From Sarea resinae (Eukaryota), in contig JAPEUD010000038.1 of the NCBI GenBank assembly GCA_026026165.1, positions 62,001-126,000 on the forward strand: a stretch of DNA of 64,000 nucleotides, written 5' to 3'. This document shows, in pieces, positions 48,462 through 61,956 of this stretch. Below the pieces are notes generated by a model that was given only the letters and a program-made list of their open reading frames with translations, was not told the DNA's origin and did not search any database. A program made the position numbers and the translations under genes. The stretch's first letter is position 1, and each line of letters starts with the position of its first letter.

Positions 48462-50504
48462 CTACAGCTCCTCCTTGATGTAATCGCCAGCCTTCTGCTT
48501 CTGCTCACCAGCACGATTCGTTGCATACGTAGCACCCTCTTTGACGGCATCAGCGCCCTTCTGAGCCTGATAGCCGGCCTCCTTGCGTCCACTCGCAGCA
48601 CCGATCTTGAGCTGATCCATGACCCATTGAGCGCCGTTCTGCAACTTGGCATAGAGGGTTCCAGTGGGAGAGGTGGTGCCGTAGCGGAAGTAGTTCGAGT
48701 ACCGTCGCGCGGCGGCACGGAGTTCATTCGTGCTGCTGCCTTGGTACGAAGGGAGACCATAACTATCGAGGTACGACTTCAGTTCCGAATCGGACCATGT
48801 GTCGAAGGTCGAGTCCTTGGCGGCGTCGGTGGCAGATGCGAGGTAAGACGTCACGGATGCGTAGCCGGAACCGCCTGACTTGGAGGCGCTGGCGTACGAG
48901 TCCTGGGCTTGCTTGAGGAGATCATCGCGTGTAGCACCGGCCTTGTCAGCTCCCTTGTTGCCCTGCGAAGAGAGCCATTTCCTAGAGGCATGTCAGAAGA
49001 GTTGACCGAATGAAACCAAAACAACTCACTTCAAGTTCTCGGTAGTCCAGGTGTCAAAGGTCCACGCACTCCAGCCGCTAGCAGCCTTGTGCTTGTTGAG
49101 TCTAACCTTGGCGACGAGTTCATCCTTCTTTCCTCCCTGTGGGACTGGAACCCCGCGAGCGTCAAGATAAGCCTTCAGGCGGCTGTCACTCCAGCTGGAC
49201 ACGGTGGTGTCAAACGCGTCGTCAGCCTTCAAGGAAGCGGAATCGGTAGCTTGTGCGTATTGGTTGCCGGCCTTGGAGGTAGCTGCACCGTAGTAGCTAG
49301 AAGCAGAAGATGCAACGTTGTCCCCCAGGAAGCTGGCACGGTGCTTGCGGGCAATGGCCAGAAGCTCATTGCGCTTGGAACCTTGTGGGACCTTGATTCC
49401 GTTCTTATCGGCCCACTCCTTGATCTGGCTGTCGCTCCACGCGTCGAAGACAGCATCGCTCAAGCTCTCCTTGGCCGCCGCAACTGACGCTGACGCAGAA
49501 GCAGCCACAGACTGCGCGTTCAAGCTTGCAACGCGGGAATTGCGACGGACCGAGGCGATGAGCTTGTCACGAGTGGACGGCTGCGGAGCAGGAATGCCAC
49601 GCTCGTCGAGGAACTCCTTCAGATCGGATTCCGACCAAGACTCATAGAGCCAGTTTCCAGGATAAGATGCAGTCTCGCCAAGCTTGTTGGCAATCGTCTG
49701 GTAGTTCTCACGCACAGCAGCCAAGAGTTGGTCGCGTTTACGAGGTTGAGGAGCTGGAATGCCATGCTTGTCCAAGAACGCCTTCAGTTGCGAGTCGGTC
49801 CAGCTGTAAACGTCAGTCGAAGAAAACCCTCGCAGAAAGATGTCTTGCATACCTGTCGAAGAGCCAATCTTTGACGTTGCTGTACGCGTCGGATGCCGAG
49901 TCCTCGGTCTCCGACCAGTAGTTCTTCACTTGATCGAGCAGGCTGTCCTTGTTGTTCTCGGCGCTCTTTGAAACATCGGAGCCTTTTGACTTCAGGTATG
50001 TATACAATTGCGGAGCCTCCCATTCAGAGTATGGCGTTGCGACCTTGGATTGCCAGTTATCTTTGACGAGGTTCTCCAGATCCTTGCGATCGGCTGGGGT
50101 AGGATATGGAACATTGTGGTCTGAGAGCCATCTCTCAAGCTCGGTCTCGTGCCATTTGTTGTAGGCTGTTGGTGTGATCAGTAGAGTTCAACCGAGTAAT
50201 GCATGTGAAACGCAAAGTACGACACGGTAGAAGAACAAGAAATCAAGCTCATGCGCCTCACTTGTCACAGTGAATCCATTGTCCATGTCTCCATTTGATG
50301 CTCCGACAGGTGACGGCCATAAGGGAAGTTTCACTTCGAAGGAGAATTGGATCGATGTGGACAGAGGCAAGGGATCATGATGACTTGGACAGCAGAAGTG
50401 ATGGGAGATTATCGCGACGAACCTGCTTTGGTGAACCAGTTGCTGGCGACAGTCACATCGGCAGCAAGGGCTAGCACGAGGGCTGAGGTGAAAGAGAACC
50501 TCAT
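48462..50504 (-). CDS. Ish1/Msc1-family stress-responsive nuclear-envelope/ER protein
   Basis: Exons 50504-50423, 50165-49853, 49803-49030, 48981-48462. Signal peptide MRFSFTSALVLALAA, repeated W[ST]xSxLKx[FWY]LDxxG[IV]PxP modules, C-terminal KEEL*. Confidence 0.9.
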
Positions 50505-51739
50505 AACGGTGGTCGAGGTGGATCGGTTCTCTCGGTGTCTGTCAAGGGCATGTCAGCTTGGATGTAGGGGAAAGGAAGAAGCGAAGAAGGCCGCAGAGTG
50601 GACGCGATTCAGTGTTCGCCCAACTGATGTGACGACTTACATTTGTGTAGGAGATGAGGGTGATGATGGTGGTAGGAGATGATGGGAGGAGGATGGAAGA
50701 ATGGGAGAACGAGAGAATGGAAGTACAAGTCGGGTGGTGGTGAAGAAGAAGAGACTGACTGACGTATGAGAGAGAGCGCGAGAGAGAGGCAATACCTCAC
50801 CTTGGCTGCTGCGTAGTAATGACAACACTGGGAACACTGGGAAGACTGGGGAAAGCTACCTAAGGTAGGTAAGGAAGGGAGGTAGGGGGCGACGGTACGT
50901 CAAGTACTACGGAGTCGAGGGCGAGTGTGAAGTACTACGTCCGGTAGCAGAGGGTACCTTATGAAGAGGGTAAACAGGGAACCGACAAGGGCTAAAGGGG
51001 CTAAAGGGGCTAAAGCAGCAAGTGCCTCTGGCTAGTACCAGCCCGTCGTCGTACTTCAGTAGTTGGGGCAGTTGACCATGAGGTGGGCAATGAATGAATG
51101 CCATGCAGAGGAATGGGAATGTAGGTACTTCGGCCATCGTGCTCCACACGCCCTGGCCACAGGTACTTGCCCTAGCTTCCCCCCCCCCAAACACGGTGAC
51201 GTATGTCAGGATACACAACGCAAGCGAAGGGCAGGATGGAAACACAGAGCAACAAGATGGAAGTCAAGCCACACAACGATACTGTACCTACCTATTACCG
51301 TCTTACTCGACTACGCAGATGGCCACATGAGCACCGGAGCCCCATGTTCATCTCTCTCGCTGCGTCGCACTTGTTGCCGCTCTAACCCCCCGAGCAGGTT
51401 ACAGCATGATCGTCCTTGGATGGTCGTGTCTGGTAGATCATACAATAGATTTCACCATGACAGGTGATCATGATGCCATTCGCAGTAGAATTGGAAGTAT
51501 CAGGACACACCCTGCTAGGGTGGAATACAATGGCGAGCACCTCAATCATTGCAATTTGATGCAGACAGGGAGCATTCGTCCGCTCACACATAGTTGAAAG
51601 CAATCATGAGTAGAGTGGGCATCGTGCCAGTAGAAATATCAGTAGACAAAGCCATATTCATCCAGGGACCATTCCGTCCGCTACTGATGCCAGTCTACCG
51701 CCTTGGTGCTTGATCCGAGAGTTTAGATAGATCAGAAAC

Positions 51740-52314
51740 TCAAGGTTGTCGGTCAGCACCACCGCGTCCTGTAGAAATCAATCAGCGACGAGAAGGATTG
51801 GGGAATCTATCTGTGTCAATGGCGACCTACCTGACCAGTACCCTTTCGACACCTTCTCCTTGTCAAGCTCCTCCTTCGATATGCCCTCGGTCGGCTTGTC
51901 GTGACGGCTTTCCATCTCCTTGTTATGTCTCTCGACGTCCTCACTGCTCGCTTGGTCTGGCTCGCTCGAGTTCAAGATCTTGGGTTGAGCACCATCGCGT
52001 GGTCGGCTGGCCGGAGGCGAATTGGACGATGACGATGAAGATTTCTCGTCGACATTTTGCCTCTCACCCTTGGCTTTGGTCGCTCCTCCCGTGCCCTGCC
52101 CTTCGGCTGGCGGAGGCGGTCCGGGATGTTCTAAGCTTTCGGACGGATTGGCGCCTTGATCCTGTGGTTTCTCGCCCTTGGGATCGCCTTCGCCGCCGCC
52201 GTAACTCTGGAATGCAAAGCGTCGAGCGGACACGGGAATCGTCGACGTGAGTGTCGTGCGTGCAAAGGGACGACCGAGCGCCGAGGTGAGACCCAACGCG
52301 CGTGAGACCGACAT
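51740..52314 (-). CDS. Hypothetical protein with a mitochondrial-presequence-like N-terminus
   Basis: MSVSRALGLTSALGRPFARTTL...QSYGGGEGDPKGEKPQDQG...EHPGPPPP...EDVERHNKEM...KVSKGYWS, then an intron (GTAGGT..CTGAT..CAG) to a last exon GRGGADRQP*. Confidence 0.75.
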
Positions 52315-52991
52315 GCTCAGATTGGGCCTTTGACGAGCTCAAGACAGGATTGAGGAAGTGATGATTGAGGAGAGGATGAGTTGTAACACTGGAGATTCTA
52401 ATTTCAGGGTAATGGTGAAGAGTAGACTTTTATCAGAGGTTGATGATTGATGAAGATGACAGCTCTGGATTTTAATTTGAGACGCAGGGCCGTAGGGGAT
52501 GGCTATTGTTGCCAGGAGGCAGTCCATACGTCACTCTTCGGTTGCAGAAGTGCCCGCAATGTACATTGGATTCATCATCACATCCATGGAGCTCAAGCTC
52601 GGAGCTGATGCACCCCCGAGGTCCGGCTCGCACAAGCGGTCACCGATTGAAGAATTCAGAAGGAAACTTGATGAATTGTTTATCTGGTACTGGAGATCTA
52701 CCTAATAGAGTGAGCCGTAGAGGTATCAACGCCTGACATGATCAAAGGTGTTTTTCGGGTTTGGTGAATATGTTACAACGATACCAGGGCTGCCTCTCAA
52801 CTCTGTCCGCTCTTCTGCAATGTGATATGCAACCTCTTATCAACATGAAATAGGTTGCAAGAAATTGTGTTCGCCCCGTGTACGGCTTCAACCGACCATC
52901 AGAGTCCCCTCGAACTATTCAAATCAATCGCAGCTTCGGGTATTAACTTGTCGCATTTCTCTGCTGACTGGACATCCGCATATGATCAACC

Positions 52992-54918
52992 TCAGAGCTC
53001 CTCGTCCTCATCTTCATCTTTGCCCTCGGAACTCATCTGATTGATGCGGCCCATCACATCGTTCACACCACCAGTCAGTCCCAACCCCATCCGCTTTCGC
53101 ATCACGTCCTCTTCCATGCCGGTCAGACTGGCTCTCTGCTTCTTGAAGGGGCTTCCAATGACTGAGTCTTCGGGGGCCTTTGATGGTCCGGGAACGTCTT
53201 TGGGAGAGGTCGCATTGGCATGAGATGAACTGGGTGGCGACCCTGCAACCGGGGTATTTGAGGCAGGAGATTTGCGGGATGGTGATCGAGCGGCGCCAAC
53301 GGGTTCAGTAGATAGTTGACGTTTCAGCTGTTCAAGGTAAGCATCGTAAGCATCATGTCGGATGGAGAGATATCAATTGAGGATACCTTTATCTTTTTCA
53401 CACCCTCGGCCAGCTCTCCTTGCCGCTCCGTGTCTTCCGGAGACAGCAGATGCTTCTCGTCCTGACAGGCATCGGGAGCATCCAGCTTGAAGACGCCTTC
53501 ATCATCGTCCTCGTCTTCATCGTCGCTGTCCATGGTATCATCACCGGCCTTTTTCATCGGCTTGCCTTTGCTGTATTTCGATGAAGGCAATTGAGCGTCA
53601 GGATCCCGAAACGTCGAGAACCCAACAGTACCGCCGGCTTTGAGAGGAGCAAGATTTGAGAAGTCCAACTGTGCCGATCTCCGCTTGGAGGGCGTTGCTG
53701 TTGTTTTCTCAGTTGGGTTAGGAGCTGGAAGAATGGCCATCTTCTGCAATTGTCCTGCAAAGATCTCATCAGCATATTTGCCACGGGCGTGAAGGGTATT
53801 GAAAACTCACTCTCGCCCCTATATAGGAAAGTGAAAGTGGCATAGGGCTTGTCTGGTCCGTCAATGCTGGTAACGGTTTGTGTACTGATGGATTTGGGGT
53901 CGAGAGTCTTCGGTTTTGCGAAGCTAGTAGTATGATCAATGTCCGCTCCGTCCCCACCGTCGCCCTCGGTCTTCCCACCCGTTGCGCCACCAGCGCCGCC
54001 TTGAGAGTCATCATCATCATCGTGCGCGTCGAATTGCGGCGAATACTCTCCACGCTTGATCTCTCCTGAAGCCAACACCCGATAGAGAGCAACTTTAATC
54101 TGCCCAGCAGCTTCGGGCATAGGAGGGTCGTCATCCGAGTCCGAATCAGAAGAAAAGAGGCCTTCGTCTTCCGATATTGCCTCCACAGGTGACCTAGCGT
54201 CCGCACCGTACCTCAGAACCGTTTTACCATCGGCGTGCTCTGGTTCTTCCCTCTTAGCCATATCCGTGTCATTCCCCACCAGAGCTTGGGCTTTCGCTTC
54301 GCGTCGCTTCCGTCGTTTCTTCTCCACACGTTGTCGTCTTCGCTCGATCGTTGCGGCAGCATCCTTACCCTCGAGGTCTAGCCCGTTCAACCACCGCTCC
54401 AAGCCGACTTCTCGAAATAGGAATTCCCTCTCCGCCAGTCCCCCGCCTTCAGACTCGGGCACACTCACCCAACGTGAGTTCACCCATGTCTCCTCACCGC
54501 GCCGTAACAGGGTGGCAACCTCCTCTTTTTGACGCCCGTCAAAATAAATGTAGGCCGCAACCGTCTCATTCGGAGATGAGGTTAGAGGTATGTAAGGCCC
54601 AATGTAGCCAGTGTAACTCCCTCGAGGCCCGCCATAACCCGGTAGTCCTCCAACCACCTTGGGCTTGGGATACGGATCGTCATCGGTTGGCTTTGGGGTG
54701 GAATACGGAACATTGAGGCCGTGGGTCAGAAGCGTAATAGAGATGGCGAATGTGGATTGCTCGGGCTTCTTGGTGGTTGAATCCGCAGGAACCTTGGCAG
54801 GTGGCACGGGTATGTAGGATGTGATGCGGGCTAACCTGGACTGCTTCTGGATGGAGTACTCTGGGAGCGGTCCATCGGGAGTGTGGATGCTCACTGCAAG
54901 ACCCTTGAAGCAGGGCAT
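52992..54918 (-). CDS. Conserved fungal hypothetical protein
   Basis: Exons 54918-53811, 53754-53387, 53327-52992. MPCFKGLAVSIHT, VAAYIYFDGR..EEVATLLRRGEETWVNSRW, EREFLFREVGLERWLNGL, GQIKVALYRV, PYATFTFLYRGERQLQKM. Confidence 0.8.
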
Positions 54919-56229
54919 CGCTTGCGCTGAGGGTGGGTCTATACTAGACCACAGTCGAAGACCGAGTCGATTGTTATCTGGGTTGTGGGTTTCCTATCGA
55001 TGCCCGAAAGAGGGCTGGGGTTGGCAAACGAGGCTTGGATGGCTTGCTTTGGATGCTCGAGTTCGCCAACGAAGCCAACCTTCATAGATGGAATTGGCGC
55101 CTCGCGAGAACGCGACGAGATGCTGTAGATATCTACTGACAGGTTCGGGGGTGCGCAAGGACCAGAGTCGCAAACCGTGGGGTGGTCTAGGTAGGATGCA
55201 GATAGATCAGTAGGTAGCCTCGAGAGGTGGTTTACGAGGAGACGAGGTCCCGGGACGCAGGAACGAAGGAGCCAGGATGGAACAGAACAGAACAAGACAG
55301 GACGGCACGCACACGACACGCACGACCAGGGCACCGGACGACGGAAAGGTGTCAGACAAGAGACTATGATGTCGAGGTCAGTGGAAGGTCGAGGCTAGGA
55401 TGGCGATCACGATGTCGTAGATGGACAGAAACAGCTCAGGTGGTCGGGGGGGGGGGGGGATCAGGAACAAGGGCAGGATGAGGGCAGATGAGCACCAACC
55501 TTCAGCATCATTCTACCGCAGTCTGGTCCAGATGAAGTACTGTATACCCTCACACGTACAAGGTACAGATATATTGAATGCGATGAGATGACCCGGTACA
55601 GTAGTAGTAGATAGATAGTAAGGTCAGGTAGGTAGTGAGTGCGTAAGTGACTACTGACCCCGACAGCAGTAGTCCAGTCCTCGTCCTCGTGTGTTCTTGC
55701 GTGCCTGTGTGGCCGTGTGCCTGTGTGTGCTTATGCGTGCAAGGACCGAGGACTGGACAGGAAGGGTAGCGGTAGCGGTCGCGGTAAGGTCCACGGGTGG
55801 TACTGCGAGAGTACCGGACGTCGCAGTGGAGGCGTGACGTGGGACACTCATTGGCACCGCCTACCGGGCCAATGTCCATGGGCGCTGTCTTCACCGCGAA
55901 AAGATACCTCAACCATCGATGAGATCGTTTCCTCCTCGGGTAAAGGGTGCGTCCGCCCCGCCATGGCTTCTGTGAGATCCATACGCAGTACATTCAATGC
56001 ATGGGCACCGCAAGGTATCAAATGGATCAATGTATATATCAATTCGCTCTCAAGACGTCGACGATGCGACCCAGCTAGCTAAGGTAGTGCCTAGAGCTTG
56101 CGCTTGCTGATTTGCTATCATCGAGACCGTAAAGGGGGGACAAAGAGGAGAAACTAAGTATTAAACGCTTGCCACCATCACATCCGCATCCCTCATCGTG
56201 CTCACCACCTCCCGTCCTTTTATTATATG

Positions 56230-59200
56230 CTACTCACTGTCCTCTAGGCCCTCTTCATTTACACCTCCAGCAAGCCCATGAGATTCTCTGACAGCCCTAT
56301 CCACATCCGCTCCATCACCCTTGACGACAACATCTTCATCATCTCGTGAATTGGCCCCGAGATATGCCGTTACCTTCTCTTGGCCACCTTCCAATCCTGT
56401 AGTAGCGTCTTGGGCGCCATCAGCAGAGTTCCCGATGCTGGTCACGATGACCCTCTCGCCTGTCTGGATGGCCGAGGAAGTCATTTCGGGTTTGACATGG
56501 GTGGTTGGGGACGCCGTCTCGGCCGCTGCAAATTTGGCCTGAGGCGAAGGTCGCTCTGTATCGACGACGTTGGCTGTCTTTGTGGCGGTGAAAGCAGGAT
56601 CTTCTTCTTTTTCGTCCGCGGCTCCTCGTTCGAGGGATACTTGCGGGCCGGCAGCTTGGCCAGTGATGGGCGGATCTTCGCTCGGTTTGGGTACAGTCTC
56701 GGTCGCTTCAGATTGATTGCTGATCCGATTGATGAGATTCGATCTATCTTGCTGCTCTTCCTGCTCTCGATGGGCGTCTTCAGATGGTTCGGATCTATGT
56801 GCGACTTTTGCGGCTGTGTCGATGTCTTCGGGCTTACTAAGTGCTTCGCCAGCAGTGTTTGTTCCGAGAACAGACGCGGGTTCCTCTGCGGTATCTAGCT
56901 CGGCAGACGTAGCAGAGCTTGATTCAACGTCCACGGTCCCATCGCTCGAAATACGCCAGATGGTCCGAGGCAATGAGATCTCGAGCGCGCCAGCTGGCCT
57001 TGCCTTAGTCTCTTCAACCGCCTCTGACGGAGCTGCTGGCTTGCGTCGTGCGGGCCCACGAGCTCTGCCTTTTCGCGCATCGCTCAACGGAGCCCTTTCT
57101 TTCTCCTCATCCTTGGCGTCCTCCTTTTCATGGGGCTTCGGTGCCTGTGGACCAAGCTGAAGACGCTTGTCAAGGTCCGACAAAAAGCCTGCTTTTAGAG
57201 CGGCAATTTTCCCGCCATTAGGGCGAGAGGGCAGAGAAGGCTTTGGCTTGGTTACTGGCGGAGAGACGACTTTATGGAGGGGAGCAGTATCGCTACTGGC
57301 GCTCCCAGCCGAGCCCGCTGATATGCTTTTACTCAAAGGAACATGCTCAGCAGACTCACGTGATATTGGCTTGCTAGGACGCGCCGGAATCTGAGGTTTT
57401 GGCCGATCGGGTATTGTAGGTACTTTCCGATCCGTTGCAGGTGAGCTTGGTGGTTCCACTCTCCCTTCAAGATCTTTGCCAGGCGGGAGAAACCCTGGGC
57501 GAGTTGTCCCATGCGCGGTAGATTCGCTCGGCTTGGTCGAAAGAGGAGGGATATCAGCCGGGGCAAGTTCACGCACACGCTGTGTGGGACGCGCTGGGAG
57601 TGAGGGGATTGAGGGTGGCACAGTGCCTTGTGCACTATTTGGACCATTGGCTGTCTTGCTAACATTTGGCCTCGCAGGGATGGAGGGCTTATTCGGCGTA
57701 GCAGAAGTACCCATGGTAGTCCTTCCTTCGCCTTCCTCCGATTCCTTCCCATGAGCAGCCTGTTCCTGTGGAGCTGCTACAGCGCCAACAGTCGGACGGA
57801 CATCTTGAGGGCTCTTTGTATCCTCATTCGGTGGGGTCGACACCGTTGTCTGCAGCTGAAGGCTATCTGGAGAGTCTTCCCAGATGTCCCTACTCGGGAA
57901 TCTCTGCTTGATGCCTGGCCTATGTGGCATCTCGTCGCGAAGATGGGGCATGATATGTGATTTGTTGAAGTAAGGAGGAGTCCCATGGAGAAAGCTTTTC
58001 CTATCCTCTTCTGAAACTTCGCCCTTGCGTGAAGCTTCCTTATCTGGATGCTCAAAGGTTTTCGACGTATCCTGTTGCTCAGAGTCTGCTTCATCGTTGG
58101 GAAGCTCGGGTGTGGATACGGTAGCCTGGAGTTGTAAGCTGTTCGGTGCATCCTCCCAGATATCTTGACTCGGAAATTTCTTCCTCAGCTCAGGACGGCT
58201 TAGTCGATCAGCAGCCGTCAGCGGCCTCTGAGCTTTGTCGTCCTCCGGGAAGAGTGGCTCATACTCCACGACATTCTCCAAAGACCGACCCTCTTCCCGA
58301 TCATCCTGCGACGCAAATCGTGCATGACCAGTACGGGGCCTGCTTGTAGGTCTGCTTCCTGAGACGCTGGAGCCACGACTTCCACTTCTCCCAGCCCCGG
58401 CTTGTGAGAGTGAAGTTGGTTCCGAGTCTGCACCAGTGACGAAGCCACTTCCCCGTCTCGATTGCGGAGGTGATACAGCCGGCTGCAGCCAGTCCGACGA
58501 ACTTCGCCTGGCCACCTCGTCGGAAGCAAGAATTGGGGCGCCATGCACTTCGTCGCTCCATTCGACTTCATTTCCGCCACTCCGTCCACGAAGTCCGAGA
58601 TCTTCCGTGGAAGAGCCATAGCCTCTTCCCATCCTGCTCTCATGTCGCGATGGCGGATCAACATGAATTATGTTATCATCCTCCGCTTCACTATCAAGTG
58701 CGTGCTCGGATCGCGGTCGCTGTGACTGGATAGCTTTAGTCTCACTGAGATCTTCCTTTGCAGTTCCTTCTACTGGGAAGCTCGTCTTTCGTGATGGACT
58801 GTCTGCATGCGAGCTATTGGAGGGAGTCTTCTTGTGCTGCATGGCTGAAGGGGGGCGGGAAGCAATGCGTGCGGCATATTCTTCAGAAGCAATATATCCA
58901 ACATGTTCCTCTGGCGTGCCGTCAACTGGGGCAGTACCTATTTTGATTAGTATTGTATGTTTTCAAAAAGGGGTTGTATAGCCTACCAAATCCAGAACCC
59001 GACCTCGTCGTATCCCTCACCAACTTGTTGAGATCATCACTGCTCAAAGCCCACTGCGCACGTTTGGCTCCTAATCCAGGGCCATATTCGCCTTTCTCCT
59101 CTCGAGCGAGGGCTTCAGGATGCCTCTCATACCAAGCTTTCTCAAACTTGTCCGAGAGCGCGGGGGCACCATGTCCATGCAAACCGTAGCTTCCAGGGGG

Positions 59201-60013
59201 GCCCGAGAAGACTTCTCGCCCACTACGCGTTCGCTGGTGACGCGGCCTTTGTGATCCGTCATTGTGGAAACCAATTCCCGAAGGAAAGACCGAAGAATAC
59301 GGTGAGGGCGATGGAGCTTGAACATCCCCAGCATCGGGATACATCGGCACCCTTTGGCCAATCTCAGGGATGCCATGATCGCCTTCCGACGGCTGCGTCG
59401 AGCTAGGCCGCTCGGTCGGGGCCGAGGAACCAAGAGATGTGTTGCTGGCCTTGGACTTCAGCGACATGGGCCGCGAGTCTGTCTCGGAATATGCCGAGTG
59501 AGCTTTTCCAATGCCCGCAGCAGCGGCTTGGGAAGAGTCGGTCCTTGTCACAGCAGCAACCCTGGCCTTGGCGCTCGAGTTTGGAAGCGATGCCTTCGGA
59601 GCATATAGAGGAAGATCGTTGTCGATGTTCCTTGCCTGAGTGGGAGACGCACGAGGATTTTCCGTCGGCTCAGCATCCCCGGCATTGAAGATGTTGGCGT
59701 ACTCATTGCCTTCTTGCCCGATGGAAGGGAGTGTGACACTCGGTGGGCGCTGCGGAAGGCTTGAGCTCGAAGCGTTTCTGCTCTGGCTGTATAGGCTAGG
59801 ACCACTGTAGCCGCCCGGAATATCATTGAGCGGCGAGGGTGCAAAGCTGTCGCGGCTGCTGGGAGATTGGGATCGATCAAGAAGGCGGTTGCCCAGCTTC
59901 GAAGAGCTCTTCGAAGGGCTCTTTGAGCTATCTCCAGCCGCGGCACTAGGTGACAGGCGATTATGGGACCGCGCCGGACGCGGCGGGATCGTGGGGATCG
60001 TTGTAGCTGGCAT
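56230..60013 (-). CDS. AIM21: Aim21-like Pro-rich actin-patch/capping-protein regulator
   Basis: Exons 60013-58987 and 58937-56230. RPPSVTLPSIGQEG, IPEIGQRVPMYPDAGDVQAPSP, two FPSxDIWED repeats, KIAALKAGFLSDL, LSDARKGRARGPARRKP. Confidence 0.8.
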
Positions 60014-61956
60014 TCTTGGACGTTGGTGATGTGAAGTCTCTCAATTAAGACACTGGCGACCAAAGGTCAGTTGCTGCGAAGGCAGATGCAACGGTCTTGC
60101 GTGTCGCTGCAAGGGTTACGACGAGATCCCCGACAAAGCCAAAAGTGCAATGAAGACGAAGCTGTTGAGACATGGAAAGACGAGAGTAAAGGATTAATGT
60201 GAAAAGACAAATATCAAAGCAAATGACTGGGAAAGACCCAGATGCTCAGGGACGTTGTCATTGCTCGAACGCTCCTCGAAGGGTATTCGCGGCTAAGGGA
60301 TCAATCGCTCAGGTTGGAGCCGTTGGGGCCAAAGTCACTGATTGCAGATGGCATGACCGACTGACTTACCAATAAGAGCCATCCAAAAGCAGGTCGGAGA
60401 TGCAAACAGGTGTCAAGGAGTAATTCGACGATGCTGTGATAAGGTGTCTCGTCGAGCCTCTCTTTGTGTCTTCTGGAATTGAAGGGGACAAGAAAACAAG
60501 GAAGTGAGTGGTGATAGTGGTGATGGTAGCGATGGTAGCAGTAGGGCAGGTCAGGCCAAGGTACTCCGTACAGGCCGTGAAGAGAAATCAACGGTCGGTC
60601 AAGTGACGCTGCACGAAATGCACGAGGGAGCCGCTGCTCTGCTCTGCTGCCGGAGTACTGCATGGTGCTGGTACCGAGAAGGAAGTATCTCTACGCAGGA
60701 CCTCAATCTCTTCTCGACCGAGAACCAAGAAATACAGTGAAGTGCAAGGCTATGGAAAGTATTGAATACTCCGGGAGCAGTACCGCAGCCTTCTCACCGA
60801 TGGCCATGTACATTCTCGTTCCTGATTCGCAGCCGTTCTCCTCATTCGCTGCCCTCAGCCCAGACAGCGGAAATGCCCGTAATCCTCGTCGTCACCGAGT
60901 CCCTCTCCACTCCGCTCACACTCCTCTCACCCTCCCCTCATTCTCCTTCCACCAAAGCGGATAGACAATTCCAAGCACGACTGACCCTGATGCAAGACCT
61001 TACGTGTCGTGACGCCTGCAATAGCGCATGTGAATTCATCATACCCACCTCCCATCAGCTCATCAATACCCGATTACGCGACTCCCCGAACTCTCCATTT
61101 GATGTCCCTGCTAGCAACCTGCTAGCAGCTGAAGCAGCTGATCGCCGAAGAAAGCTGCATATTTGCAAAATGCCAAATCTGACGCCATTCAAGCTGCAGA
61201 TGCTCAATAAGTAGGTCGCCTCCAATGGATCTGCCCGACGTCAGACACTCTTGGCTATCAATTTTACTATTGTAGACATTCAATGACAGATGCCAAATCT
61301 TGTCTGAGATCGAGATGGAATCCTCCTCTTTCGTCGCTTCTCGGAGACCAGGGCTTTTCTCACAGCGTATACTATATATAAAGCTTTAGCTATATAAGAC
61401 CCAAGTAAACATGAGCTAATAAGACTACTAGCTCAGTAAAACAATAATGCCTAAGAGAGGAGAGATTTAATAGATACTAGACACTAAGGTAAGCTAAGTA
61501 AAGAGGAGAGAAGAGAAAAAAAAAAAGAGAAGAGCAGGCTAGTGCAGCATTGCAGGGAATTTAAGATTGATTTCTAACAGGCTAATAGGCACATATCAGG
61601 GAATAAGAACTAAGAAGTCTACAAGTTTCAAGTTTTTAATTTCAAATATGAAGGGTCTGAGGGGTGAAGCATCAGAAACTGGTATCTTGTGTTGTGTTGT
61701 AATATATTGTATTGTGTCGTGTGTGATTGATTCATTGATCAGGTAATACATACATCCATGCGTATCTTATCAGAATAGGTAGATAGATAGATCATCGATA
61801 GAAAGCACGCTTACACGCCCACCTGATTTATATGTTCGAGAAATATCTGAACTCCCGACTTCGAGAAAGTTTGATACTTCAAAATTTCTTTTTTTGAATT
61901 CTCCTTAACGACAGTGAGGATAAAAGCGGATAAGAATGCAAGGCTTGACAATGTAA

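Noticed and set aside
50166..50422. 257-nt Ish1 intron as a possible ncRNA host
   Set aside because: No sense-strand box C/D or other recognisable RNA motif.
52992..53006. C-terminal DEEL as an ER-retention signal
   Set aside because: The protein has no signal peptide; this is simply an acidic tail.
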